DNA of 64,000 bases, taken from Laetmonice hystrix. Its lineage: Eukaryota. A program made the translations under genes and the position numbers. The stretch is taken from the NCBI GenBank assembly GCA_965235115.1, contig OZ249436.1:16928001-16992000 (forward strand). Direction: 5' to 3'. Each line of letters begins with the position of its first letter. The first letter of the stretch is position 1. Shown here in pieces: positions 36,693 through 50,222 of this stretch. A model generated the notes under the pieces. That model did no database searches and had not been told where the DNA came from. It saw nothing but the letters and a program-made list of their open reading frames with translations.

Positions 36693-37003
36693 GTACCCTG
36701 CCTAACAGACGCATTCGCGATGTTACGACAGAGCAGGGACCTTGCTAGGTCAGAGAGATGCATGCTGGGACATCAACAGGCAACGGAAGCCACAGCTGTA
36801 CGACATTTCGGAATTTGATGTTTTATCCTTAAAATACTTGTCAGATCACTAAAGGAAGACGTGGCCCCTGATAAATGGATGCAGGTGAGTAACTGTTGAT
36901 CGGTACATGAATTTGCGTTGCCAGTGACACACCAATTTTTAACATTGAGTGATCGTAAGCCTCACTGCCACTGGCTGAGGCTTACTACGTAGGCTACCTG
37001 GCC

Positions 37004-37525
37004 ACCCACACAGTCACTCCTTGTCCACGGCCATGGACCAGGACCCACACAGTCATTCCTTGTCCACGGCCATAGACCACGATGCACACAGTCATTCCTT
37101 GTCCACGGCCATAGACCACGACCCACACAGTCACTCCTTGTCCACGGCCATAGACCACGACCCACACAGTCATTCCTTGTCCACGGCCATAGACCACGAT
37201 GCACACAGTCATTCCTTGTCCACGGCCATAGACCACGACCCACACAGTCACTCCTTGTCCACGGCCATAGACCACGACCCACACAGTCATTCCTTGTCCA
37301 CGGCCATAGACCACGATCCACACAGTCACTCCTTGTCCACCGCCATAGACCACGATCCACACAGTCATTCCTTGTCCACCGCCATAGACCACGACCCACA
37401 CAGCCACTCCTTGTCCACGGCCATAGACCACGACCCACATTCGCTCATTGTCCACCGCCATAGACCACGACCCAAACAGTCACTCCTTGTCCACGGCTAC
37501 ACACGGTCACTCCTTGTCCACGGCT
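37004..37525. repeat. 39-bp minisatellite, ~13 copies
   Basis: Unit cacacagtcattccttgtccacggccatagaccacgacc. Confidence 0.95.
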
Positions 37526-38807
37526 CCCCACATTCACTCCTTGAGACGGGAGACAAGGGTCCCTCCAATAACAAAATCTTGGCCCGGGTAGACCCCCCCC
37601 CCCTCCCCCAACCCGTTTCTGCTATAATAAGCCCACCGATAGCTGAGCTGCCCCAGGACGATGAAGGCAGACATGATCCACACGGTTATATCTCCCATAA
37701 TAACTTAAACCCCACAAAATTTGGTGGAAAGTAAAGATCCATGGCCCTGACCTTATCCCTAACCCCTAACCCCAGTCCCTACACCTCCCCAAAACATATC
37801 CCTATCCTATCCCTATCCCTATCCTTGACCTTAACCCTAACCCCTGCCCAAACATTTCGTGGAAAGTTATCATGGGGGAAGAACCATCCACACCCGTACC
37901 CCCGTACCCCACCCCATGTACCCCACCCCCGTTGCTGGGTGACTGAAAGGACTGTTGGTATTCAGTCCTCACGGGACCCCCGTCACGACCCAATCAATCA
38001 GGGCCGGTTAGCTCCTCGCGTCCACTCATCTCGCTCTGGTCACCGACTTGAAGATTCTAACAAACCGCACGCCGCCGGTCGCTGTTGACAACGTCATCCT
38101 TATCCTACCCGACTGAGATAGATGGGGGATTCCCCGGCCCTAACTCTGCCCGCCTCCCATTGCATAGGTCGTCTGTTGACGTCACAACCGTATCCCATCC
38201 TCACTCAGATAGATGAGGGATTTCCCGGCTGGAGACCGGGAGCGGTATGACGTCACAACCAGGCCACTCAACGGAAGCAGTGTGACGTCACAAGAGGTCT
38301 GAGGAAGCAACCAGTGCAGGGCATTCGGGGAATCTTGGAATCTATGATCTTGGCTTTAAGACCGGAAGAAATATATGACTAGAAAAAATGTAGGACCAGA
38401 TAATCTAATTTACTTGGCATGTGAGATAACTTACGGAGCAATTTGGAAAATCAATTTGTTTCTTGACTTCAGGCCACCTTGACTTGACTTCTCTGCCTAG
38501 GTCCAGCCCTAATTGACTTTGTCCATTGACCTTTACAGTTGGCCATTCAGTGGGCCTCCTGTCCGCCTTAACTATTACTAGATCCACCTGATACCCCCGG
38601 TACAGGGTATGGTTGTATTGTATGCATAATTGGCGTTAAAATGGCTGGAATTGCAATCCTTTGGTTGCTCGAAAATCCAAAAGAGAACCCCTCGAATTAA
38701 AATGCCGGGATCGTTTCACCAGGATACAGGATATTGCAGCAGGCAGGAATAACCAAACGTGTCTACACCCCCCCCCTGATAGTCAAGATGTTAGCATGGT
38801 CAAAGCC

Positions 38808-39236
38808 ACTCAGCTAACCATGACAATCCTAGGCTATGTAGACGTAGCAGACCTCAGCTGACCATGGCAATCCTATGTAGACGTATCACTCCATGCAGCG
38901 GACCACAGCTGACCATGGCAATCCTATGTAGACGTATCACTCCATGCAGCGGACCACAGCTGACCATGGCAATCCTATGTAGACGTATCACTCCATGCAG
39001 CGGACGTCAGCTGACCATGGCAATCCTATGTAGACGGATCACTCGATACAGCGGACCTCAGCTGACCATGACAATACTATATGTAGTTGTATAACCCCAG
39101 CGAACCTCAGCTGACCATGGCAATCCTATGTAGATGTATAACTCCAGCGGACCTCAGCTGACCATGGCAATCCTAGATGTATAACTCCACCAGACCTCAG
39201 CTGACCATGGCAATCCTAGATGTATAACTCCAGAGG
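38808..39236. repeat. ~45-51-bp minisatellite
   Basis: Unit cagctgaccatggcaatcctatgtagacgtatcactccatgcagcggacca. Confidence 0.92.
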
Positions 39237-40458
39237 ACGGGGTTAAAGCACGACGGCCATTCAATAATAATCGGTCAACATCCATCTTCAGTTATACAAC
39301 GTCAACGTCTGACACACAGCTGTCAATATGTGATACATGATAGAGAAAGATCGAAATGATCAGGCGTCTAGACACGGTCACGCCTGACGCTGCACGGTAC
39401 CCCATCAACATTTGTCAAACAGCTGCTACTGAGAGCACAAACACCCAGCAGATGGTACTGCGGGCATCCAGGAGGTGGTACCGCCATCCAGCCATGAGGG
39501 GTGAGTGAGATATAAGGACGTATTCGGGTGTTTGGCCCAGTGATGGTGGGTTTTCTACATCTGGAGACCTCAAGCCTTCCTAACCCCCAACTCCCAACAC
39601 TGACTCTAACTCGGCAGAGCCGTCACGACTACTGGTTTTCATGTGATGACTATTAGCTAGTTTATAAATGAAGACCATTAGCATTGCATGACAAGAAGCG
39701 GGGTAACCAAGTAAAGTTATAGGACCAATAGAAAAAGAGATCTCAACGGTATAAAAGCACGTTCGTGCAGTGGTAGAGAGATTGGTGAAAACTTACTGTC
39801 CTGTCATCTTAAAGAGAGTGGGGGGTGGGGTTATTAGTCAGCAACGTTTTAATCCTGACAACCATCTCCATAAATCACTGCTCAGTCACGAAATGTCACG
39901 AGATCTTGATGTCCTCTTCGGCCTGTCCTTTAAACGTGCTTTCTCCAATCACAACAAACGTTACAACTCGACAGAGCATGTCACGTGGTCAGGCGAGAGG
40001 CCACCAATCACAGCGCGTTAATACGTCACCACGTCACTAAATACGTTATCACCTCAAAACGTCACACTCTCGTCCTGCCATATTATGACGATCGGAGAGT
40101 GGGGGCTGGGAACGGCCAGCTGGGCCCGAGTCCATGTCAGGTTGGTGTGCCGGGCTTACACGGACAGTACGGGTGTCATTGCGGGTTTAGTCTGGCCTCC
40201 TTCCCACGTCCATCACCCGCTTTATTGAACAATATTTCGGGAAAACAAATGTTGATTTTGGACCTCGGCCCTTTAACAAACGTCATATCAGATGTCAGCA
40301 ATAAATGTGCCTTTAACGTTTCCCTGCAAACAAGCAATGTTCTCCCCAAGGCATCTTCAGGTTGTCAAGGGGCATCGCGCATCCTGCATTCTACCCCTTG
40401 AGCCCAGTCCAGGCTAACCGGGCAGAAGTTGACCCTGAGGTCATCGTCGCTCCACCCG

Positions 40459-40593
40459 CACTAACGGTCCTCACCGAAGGCTTACTTCTCGCAAAAATGC
40501 CTGCTAGCCTTGCTCAGTTCGCTGATAAACAAATGTGTCCCTCTCCCTCCCTAACAATACAGTTTCTAGCAGTCTGACTTGATACGGTTTAAC
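40459..40593 (+). mobile_element. Truncated copy of the dispersed repeat at 61246-61386
   Basis: Shared gccttgc.cagttcgctgata.ac..atgtgtcc...caatacagttt.tagca.tctgacttgata(ta)cggtttaac. Confidence 0.6.
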
Positions 40594-40697
40594 CTTACTT
40601 TACGGTAATTCCAAAAATTAGCTCCCCTGTCATCGTCGCTTCGCGCTGGCATCCAAACATTAGGCCTACAGTGGCCTGCTCGCGACACGGTGTCGCT

Positions 40698-40796
40698 AGC
40701 GCTGGCTGGCGCTGGCTGGCGCTGGCTGGCTGGCGCTGGCTGGCGCTGGCTGGCGCTGGCTGGCGCTGGCTGGCGCTGGCTGGCGCTGGCTAGCGC
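40698..40796. repeat. 10-bp repeat (gctggctggc)n
   Basis: Seen directly. Confidence 0.9.
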
Positions 40797-42895
40797 TCTC
40801 GGCCGGGGACGTTCCTTGGCTAACTAGAAATGCACGCTAATTTTTATTAATCGCGCCTCAGGCAGTGCTGTAATCTGATTGGTCTACGGGGTACCGTAGC
40901 AGGTGGAAAACAGATGGCGCTGCGAGTTCGGGGTTCAACCCCGAGCGGGGGAGGATGCCCCAAGGAGGCATACTTTACTCGAGGTCTACTGTTAGACTGA
41001 GCCTGGATAGATTCGAAATAGTATTTTAAATAGGCAGTTTTCACTGGGGCTTGAGCCAACCAATCTAAGAGCCCCCCCCCCCCCCCCCCCATGCACGCCT
41101 CGATCTTTCGGCGCTCTCGGTACCGTTATGATTTCCATTTGCCCCCACCCTTTTTGGGAGCTTCCGACAACACTGAAATGGTGGACATACCAGATACTGA
41201 CTCATGAAATTTGGACTCCAGGGGCCAGTTTTTAAAAGGAAGATCAAGCAGTATCTCGAGCTTACAATACAAACACGCTAAAAATACAGACTTCCCAGAG
41301 GCTCCCACAACTGACTGTGAAAATGTTTACAAGTTTGATTTGCCACTTGATAAAATCCACTTGATATACATATACATAAGGAATCCAGGTCCGGCGGCGG
41401 ACCTCCATTCCGGCGGACTTACATTCCCTTCACACATGCCTTCACACATGAGGCCGCTGGTTGGTTGTCAAGGTGACCATGCCGTAACACTGGCTCCAGA
41501 CATCAGTGACTACATGGCATTCAAGCACGCGCGTTTTATACGGTCAGTCGTACGTCACCCCCATAACCAACCCTCACCATGTTTATACGCTTTAAAGGTT
41601 AACAACCTCCGGTCGTTTTATTGTTAACAAAACATGTTTATTCCTTAACAAACCCCCATCATGTTTGCCCTTTAAAAGGAATTTAAAATTTAAACATGCC
41701 TGGCTGGGTCACGCTCTCCCAGCACTCACAGCAGGTTTGACGGCGGCATGCGAGCAGGAGCCGGGTGGGGAGTAATGTTTAGAGCCCGCGTGAAAAGTTC
41801 AGGGTATTTTTGATCATTTATAGCAAAGTTGAGAGCGTTTTGTATCTATGCTTCCGCTTCGTAAGCGTGCGTTACTTTTACCACGATAGATATTACCATG
41901 TATTGTAACTATGACTTGCATTTTCTTTTAAGATCCCCTCCCGCACCACCACTACTATACCACCATCATGTGCCCCGGTCTGACTTTAAATAGCATCTAT
42001 TTATAACCATGTCTTCTTGGCAGCCGGGAAAACACCCTTAAAATGAGGCCCACTGTAATGAGTCGGAGAGGCACAGAGCATAGACACCACGTAACGACCT
42101 TGGAAGGGGTAATAGATGTAGGCAATATACGCGGACAATTTAAACCCCTAATCTGGGACGCTGGTTGCAATCAGAGGGTGCACCGGGTGGTTTCCGTGGT
42201 AGGTCGGGGAGCGCGTTCAATTACCAAACCCTCAACATGAAAATGAAGCTGGTTTGTCAAGGCAAACTCCTGCCATAAGTCAGGGCCGGACCTCTGCCTG
42301 GTGCTCATTGGTCCGACCCCTGGCTGATCTCATTGGTCCGACAATCTCCCATAATGCAGAGGGGATCGTTCCGCTTACTCCTCTGCCACACATGTTTTTT
42401 ACGGGCAAAATCGGGCCCCTGCGCGTTTAACTCCGTTTTTGGAAAGTCGGCCGTTCTGTATGGTATCTGTAAAATTTAACATACCTCTAAATCCCACAAC
42501 CGAGATTATACCAAGTGACATTCACCGTACAAGAAAAATACCTGATGAAATATTACGAACTACGTTGCGGAGGGAAATCAGCTATAGTCGTAAGTCGGTT
42601 GGCCAATTTCGGGATGATCCGAAATACTTTGGGTATTTGCGCCATAGCGGTTGCAGATCATTTCTCCGAAGATTTGGATGTTTGTGTAGCATCATATTCT
42701 GAGAGTCTGCGCCTTAAAAGTAAACAACAAGAGTGCCTCAGCAAAATCGAGCAGCCACGATTCGAGCTCGTCAATGTTCGGCTGTTCTGGTCGGGGATTT
42801 CTAGGTCAGGTCAGGCGTCACTCAAACGGCAGTACCCAATGTGTGGCAGAGATTGACAGAAGGGAACGATCTCTGTCCGGAGAGTGTGGTCCTAT

Positions 42896-44915
42896 CTGAT
42901 CTCATTGGTACGACCCCTGCCTGATCTCATTGGTACGACCCCTGCCTGATCTCATTGGTACGACCCCTGCCTGATCTCATTGGTACGACCCCTGCCTGAT
43001 CTCGTTGGTAAGACCCCTGCCTGATCTCATTGGTACGACCCCTGCCTGATCTCATTGGTCCGACCCCTGCCTGATCGCATTGGTACGACCCCTGCCTGAT
43101 CTCATTGGTACGACGCCTGCCTGATCTCATTGGTACGACGCCTGACTGATCTCATTGGTACGACCCCTGTGTTACAACCGCTAATGTAATAACGCCCACT
43201 ATTGTAATAACTGGGGTGATAGGGGGGTACCAGGGAAGTACCACCTGAGTACCGGACAGGACCAGGGGAGCATTTTTGGGGTACCCTCTGAGTACCCTCT
43301 GGGTACCCCCTGGGTACCCAGAGGGTACCAACCGGGGGGTACCAGGGAAATACTACTGGAGTACCGGACAAGACCAGGTGAGCATTTTGGGGGTACCCCC
43401 TGAGTACCATGTGGTACTTCCCTGGTACCCCCCTAGCACCCCAGTTATTACAATAGCGGTTGCGTTCGCCAGAATTCGCAACCGCTATTGTAATAAAACT
43501 TTGTTCAAGGGCTACCGACCAGATCTATACCTGAGGGTACCCAGGGGGTACCCAGATGGTACTCAGGGGGTACCCCCAAAATGCTCACCTGGTCCTGTCC
43601 GGTACTCTGGTGGTACTTCCCTGGTACCCCCCTAGCACCCCAGTTATTACAATAGCGGTTGCGTTCGCCAGAATTCGCAACCGCTATTGTAATAAAACTT
43701 TGTTCAAGGGCTACCGGCCAGATCGGTACCTGAGGGTACCCAGGGGGTACCCAGATGGTACTCAGGGGGTACCCCCAAAATGCTCACCTGGTCCTGTCCG
43801 GTACTCTGGTGGTACTTCCCTGGTACCCCCTAGCACACCAGTTATTACAATAGCGGTTGCGTTCGCCAGAATTCGCAACCGCTATTGTAATAAAACTTTG
43901 TTCAAGGGCTACCGACCAGATCGGTACCTGACGGTACCCAGGGGGTACCCAGATGGTACTCAGGGGGTACCCCCAAAATGCTCCCCTGGTCCTGTCCGGT
44001 ACTCTGGTGGTACTTCCCTGGTACCCCCTAGCACCCCAGTTATTACAATAGCGGTTGCGTTCGCCAGAATTCGCAACCGCTAAATTGTAATAAAACTTTG
44101 TTCAAGGGCTACCGACCAGATCGGTACCTGACGGTACCCAGGGGGTACCCAGATGGTACTCAGGGGGTACCCCCAAAATGCTCACCTGGTCCTGTCCGGT
44201 ACTCCAGTAGTATTTCCCTGGTACCCCCCGGTTGGTACCCTCTGGGTACCCAGGGGGTACCCAGAGGGTACTCAGAGGGTACCCCAAAAATGCTCCCCTG
44301 GTCCTGTCCGGTACTCTGGTGGTACTTCCCTGGTACCCCCCTAGCACCCCAGTTATTACAATAGTGGGCGTTATTACATTAGCGGTTGTAACACCCCTGC
44401 CTTATCGCATTGGTACGACCCCTGACTGATCTCATTGGTACGACATCTGCCTGATCTCATTGGTCCGACCCCTGCCTGATCTCAATGGTACGACCCCTGC
44501 CTGATCTCATTGGTAAGACCCCTGCCTGATCTCAATGGTACGATCGCTGCCTGATCTCAATGGTACGACCCCTGCCTGATCTCATTGGTAAGACATCTGT
44601 CTGATCTCAATGGTACGACCCCTGCCTGATCTCATTGGTACGATCGCTGCCTGATCTCATTGGTAAGACATCTGTCTGATCTCAATGGTACGACCCCTGC
44701 CTGATCTCATTGGTACGACCCCTGCCTGATCTCATTGGTAAGACATCTGTCTGATCTCAATGGTACGACCCCTGCCTGATCTCATTGGTACGATCGCTGC
44801 CTGATCTCAATGGTACGACCCCTGCCTGATCTCATTGGTACGGCCCCTGCCTGATCTCATTGGTAAGACATCTGTCTGATCTCACTGGTACGACATCTGT
44901 CTGATCTCATTGGTC
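42896..44915. repeat. 25-bp minisatellite interrupted by the 43170-44393 element
   Basis: Unit cctgatctcattggtacgacccctg on both sides of the insertion; two stray copies at ~42295-42342. Confidence 0.95.
43170..44393. mobile_element. Foldback-type non-autonomous DNA transposon (~1.2 kb) inserted into a 25-bp minisatellite
   Basis: Near-perfect inverted arms of ~235 bp (tgttacaaccgctaatgtaataacgccc... / ...gggcgttattacattagcggttgtaaca); direct repeat cccctg on both sides; ~4 internal units of ~199 bp. Confidence 0.9.
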
Positions 44916-45046
44916 GACGCGGCATGACTGACGTGGGATGGCTGAAAAAATACAAAACGAACTCTTCACGACATCGTCATGATCGAGTATTATCCGGCCG
45001 GTCGCCACGACTGTCCCCATATACATGTAGGCCTACTTCTGTCTAA

Positions 45047-45265
45047 AGCCGGGGTCACACTGACCGATCCCCCCACCCCCCCCGATTCTGCCGTCGGCCG
45101 ACGTTTTCCGTGTCGATGATCGGTGACGGAACGCACGTGTCGGGCAGTGTGATCACACGATCATGTCTGACGAGATCTTATCGGTGAGACTACAGATTCT
45201 ACAGATTCCGTCGGCCGACGCCGGAATCGGCCGACTGAAAAAAATAGGGCAGTGTGACCCCGGCT
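45047..45265. mobile_element. MITE, PIF/Harbinger-like, 219 bp
   Basis: 16-bp TIR agccggggtcacactg / cagtgtgaccccggct with TAA on both sides; internal repeated ccgtcggccgacg. Confidence 0.88.
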
Positions 45266-45822
45266 TAACTGCTCCACAATGGCAGCTAGATGAGGTCATC
45301 AAAGAGCGGCGCTAGGGGGCGAGGAAGGGCAACTATAACTTGCCGTCTTTGACCACCAGCTCCCCTCTCCCTTGAAATGGTTAGTCTGGTACCACAACTG
45401 TTTTTATATGACACCCTAGTATAGCTGGCAGGTTGTATAGCGCGTCGTTTATAAAGTGGCGTATTAGCCATCTGCTGCCAACATGATGAATCGTACCAGT
45501 ATGCTGTCTGCCACCATTTCTATGGTCTACAGCTCAACTTCCCCTGCGCATGCTCGTACGACAATCTCTTCTGGGACGCTGCGCCATTCACGTGACCTGT
45601 TTTTGACGCCCTGTGGATGGATGAGCCAATCGGGTGGGATTTTACATGCGATCGCGGGTTTGGGTGTTGACATGGAGACCACCCGGGGAGTTAGGACGCA
45701 GGCCTCAACATCCTGTCCCGAGCCAGGTCACGTGCCAAACGGAATCCATGGAGACGGCCGCCGAGCCTGCGCGCCACCTGGGGACCAGAGTCGACATTAC
45801 GCTTGCCGCCACCCCAGTTTTA

Positions 45823-45989
45823 GCACTCTTTTGGGGACGCGAAAGTTCCGTTGTAACGGGTATAGATCTACTTATTTTGCCCGGATTATCTAATTGCGAA
45901 TGATCTAATTGGCGCTTAAACCCTAACCCAAAGATATTGTTTCGTGTCGGTAATTAGTTAATATAACTCTCGCGTCCCCAAAAGAGTGC
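45823..45989. mobile_element. Small MITE-like inverted-repeat element
   Basis: gcactctttt(t)ggggacgcga / tcgcgtccccaaaagagtgc inverted ends, internal ccctaaccc; no clear TSD. Confidence 0.55.
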
Positions 45990-48354
45990 CAACCCGGTCC
46001 TCGCCGGACCCTCTCCACTCCCGGGGGTAGTCGTCATACCCTGCACCCCAGGGGGTAGTAATCACCCCCTACACGGTGCTGACGGTGGTTCCACCGGCGG
46101 CCCTAAGTCTGCGCGACTCTGACAGAAAAACGTGGGTTGGCAATTAGGCCTAAGGAAGCGTGTTTTGGCACTCCAGGGGGTGAGATATCTGACCTCCACC
46201 CTCCTCCAGTCACACCCTCCAGGCGGAGCATTGTCCCTCTCTAGTTGTCCCTCTAGTCATGTGAGTCTCGTTTGTACACCAATCCGGTTCCGGTTGTAAG
46301 TCCTGCCGCCAGAGGTCGCTGTCGTTCTCAGTGACCATGCATTCGGGACTCCCTCGGGCATATGACGTCACTTCCTGCTATTCGAATATACCCTCGGGTG
46401 GATTAGTGGCCATGTTGGCAACCGGATACATGGCCAAATGGAGGTGTGTAGCAAGGCACTGAGTGAACCGTCATATCCCATCGAGCCAGGAAGTAGTGCA
46501 TTATTGACACCTGCTCCTTTGGCGTTGTATGTACAAATATAAATTTCCGGTATGAAGGGGAACGTTTGAAGAAGAAAAATGAATCACCTAATTTACCTAA
46601 ATCGTGATACGGTAATTTATCCAATTATAGGAAGCAATATGGCCGCGCCCATGAACGACAACAACACGACACAGAGGAGGGGACGTGGAGGTGGAACCCT
46701 TCTGATCAACCTTGCCGGTAAAACTTCAGTTTTTCGCCCCCCCCCCCCCCAACGTGAACCCAGTACACGGGATAGCTGCCGCTCGGTCACACGGCCCGCC
46801 ATGCAGACCGTGGAGTCCATACGGGCCTACTGTTTGTAGAACGAAACTAGAAACATAAATTTAACGTACATTTGTGTACAATGGAGAGTTTCTTGTCTAT
46901 ACATACATCTATACGCCGATACATATTATATCTGTCTTAATTCAGATAATATAATAACTCCAATATGACTAAATTTTGCAATGCTTCATTACAGAGCCGA
47001 ACCGTATAGTGTCCGACTGGAAGCTGTCTAGGGTGACGCCGGTCTACAAGGTAAAGGGGGATAGTCTACAAGAGGGAAATTACCGATCATCATACGGCAT
47101 ATATGGTGAAGGTACCATGGGAAAGAAGTAAAGACGCAGATTATGGCATATCTCAATCAACACCAACTTATAACCATCGGCCAATCAGCATACATCGAAC
47201 GCCGTAACTCGAACACGGCACTCCACATTGATGACTGGCTCATAAACATGTCAGATAGTAATGGTGTTTGCTCCATAGATATAAAACAATGTCTTGATAC
47301 GATCATAATATATTGTTAAAGAAATGGAATTGTATGGATTCCAGCCCAAGGATGTTCAATGTCTTAAGAAAGAGCCCAGGTTGTATCGTGTCATCATGAG
47401 CTATCAAGTGCTGAGGGTCTCGAGACAGGTATTCCGCAGGTTCACCTAGGTACCTGTAGGAGTTACCTCTTCGCTGATGACACCCTTGTTTTATGTAATG
47501 GAAATAATATGGAAGAATTATAAGTTAATCTGCAGAAATGTGCGTCAGATATTATTAAGGAATGGTATGACAGAATTTGAGAAATATGCTGGTTATATAC
47601 ATATCAATATATTTTTAATAAATAATAAAAAAAAATCTCTTTTATCATATACTATGGGGGAGTTGTGGGATTTGTAGTCATGTGATCGGGAGGAAACTGG
47701 ACAGCCCCACAGATCCCGCCCTGCCTGTGATTGATCACCACATGACCTGACCTCTGACCCCAGGCAAGGTCAGCCGAGGTCTGTCCAAGGGATGGGTGAA
47801 CAGTTGGTTCCCGGGTGGAAATATCCGGCTTCACGAGGCAAGAGGCATGAAGGTATGAGGCATCGCCCGGTGGGTTCATTCATCAGGCACCCGTCCGCAG
47901 CGCCACCTGACGGTCCGATGTGTCACACGGCCTCAGAGATGCAGTGAGGTGGCTTTTGGTGTGGTCTGTAACGCATAGAGAGACTCCACCCGTCCCTGTC
48001 ACTGTTAACCACAGAGGTCGCGAACCTTCCATCTTACAATACGGGCTGTCATCAGACCTGACGCCGGCCACACAACGCGTCCTATCATGACGTCAGGACG
48101 CTGCATGCTGGCCCCATTTATTATCACCCCATCGTAATGACAGGGGAAGTGTTCGTCTAAACATTGGAGGCAGCTTTCCTCCACGGCAGCCTCCGGGCGT
48201 CGCTCACACGATCAGATATCAGCTGATGTCTGCCCATTCCCAGGTATTCCAGACAAACACTTAAAACAAAATAGGCCGCCAGTAACAATGTTTTTTTTGT
48301 CTCCTCTTTTGATCGCTTATATTTTCAGCCTTAAATCTAGACAAACGTTGGGCA

Positions 48355-50222
48355 GTAAATGTTAACGGGAGCCACATGGTCGGACAGCCTGGCACTGTCA
48401 CACAGCCCAGGTAAATGTTAACACGGACCACGTGGACTGACATCCTCGCGCTCTCACACAGCCCAAAGTTAACACGACCCACGTGGACTGACGCTCTCAC
48501 AGCCCAGGTAAATGTTAACACGGACCACGTGGACTGACGCTCTCACAGCCCAGGTAAATGTTAACACGAACCACGTGGACTGACGCTCTCACAGCCCAGG
48601 TAAATGTTAACACGGACCACGTGGACGGACAGCCTCGCGCTCTCACATAGCCCAGGTACATGTTAACACGGGCCACGTGGACTGGACAAGGTAAATGTTA
48701 ACACGGGCCACGTGGACTGGACAAGGTAAATGTTAACACGGGCCACGTGGACTGGACAAGGTAAATGTTAACACGGACCACGTGGACTGATGCTCTCACA
48801 GCCCAGGTAAATGTTAACACGGACCACGTGGACTGACGCTCTCACAGCCCAGGTAAATGTTAACACGGACCGTGTGGACTGACGCTCTCACAGCCCAGGT
48901 AAATGTTAACACGGACCACGTGGACTGACGCTCTCACAGCCCAGGTAAATGTTAACACGGACCACGTGGACTGACATCCTCGCGCTCTCACACAGCCCAA
49001 AGTTAACACGACCCACGTGGACTGACGCTCTCACAGCCCAGGTAAATGTTAACACGGACCACGTGGACTGACGCTCCCACAGCCCAGGTAAATGTTAACA
49101 CGAACCACGTGGACTGACGCTCTCACAGCCCAGGTAAATGTTAACACGGACCACGTGGACGGACAGCCTCGCGCTCTCACATAGCCCAGGTACATGTTAA
49201 CACGGGCCACGTGGACTGGACAAGGTAAATGTTAACACGGGCCACGTGGACTGGACAAGGTAAATGTTAACACGGGCCACGTGGACTGGACAAGGTAAAT
49301 GTTAACACGGACCACGTGGACTGATGCTCTCACAGCCCAGGTAAATGTTAACACGGACCACGTGGACTGACGCTCTCACAGCCCAGGTAAATGTTAACAC
49401 GGACCATGTGGACTGACGCTCTCACAGCCCAGGTAAATGTTAACACGGACCACGTGGACTGACGCTCTCACAGCCCAGGTAAATGTTAACACGGGCCACG
49501 TGGACTGACGCTCTCACAGCCCAGGTAAATGTTAACACGGGCCACGTGGACTGGACAAGGTAAATGTTAACACGACCCACGTGGACGGACACTCACAGCC
49601 CAGGGAAATGTTAACACGGACCACGTGGACTGACGCTCTCACAGCCCAGGTAAATGTTAACACGGACCACGTGGACTGACGCTCTCACAGCCCAGGTAAA
49701 TGTTAACACGGACCATGTGGACTGACGCTCTCACAGCCCAGGTAAATGTTAACACGAGCCACGTGGACGGACACTCTCACAGCCCAGGTAAATGTTAACA
49801 CGGACCACGTAGACTGACGCTCTCACAGCCCAGGTAAATGTTAACACGGACCACGTGGACTGACGCTCTCACAACCCAGGTAAATGTTAACACGGACCAC
49901 GTGGACTGACGCTCTCACAACCCAGGTAAATGTTAACACGGACCACGTGGACTGACGCTCTCACAGCCCAGGTAAATGTTAACACGGACCACGTGGACTG
50001 ACGCTCTCACAGCCCAGGTAAATGTTAACACGGACCACGTGGACTGACACTCTCACAGCCCAGGTAAATGTTAACACGGACCACGTGGACTGACACTCTC
50101 ACAGCCCAGGTAAATGTTAACACGAGCCACGTGGACGGACACTCTCACAGCCCAGGTAAATGTTAACACGGACCACGTGGACGGACACTCTCACAGCCCA
50201 GGTAAATGTTAACACGGACCAC
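48355..50222. repeat. 46-bp minisatellite (with shorter variants), ~42 units, internal ~535-bp block duplication
   Basis: Unit cccaggtaaatgttaacacggaccacgtggactgacgctctcacag. Confidence 0.97.
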
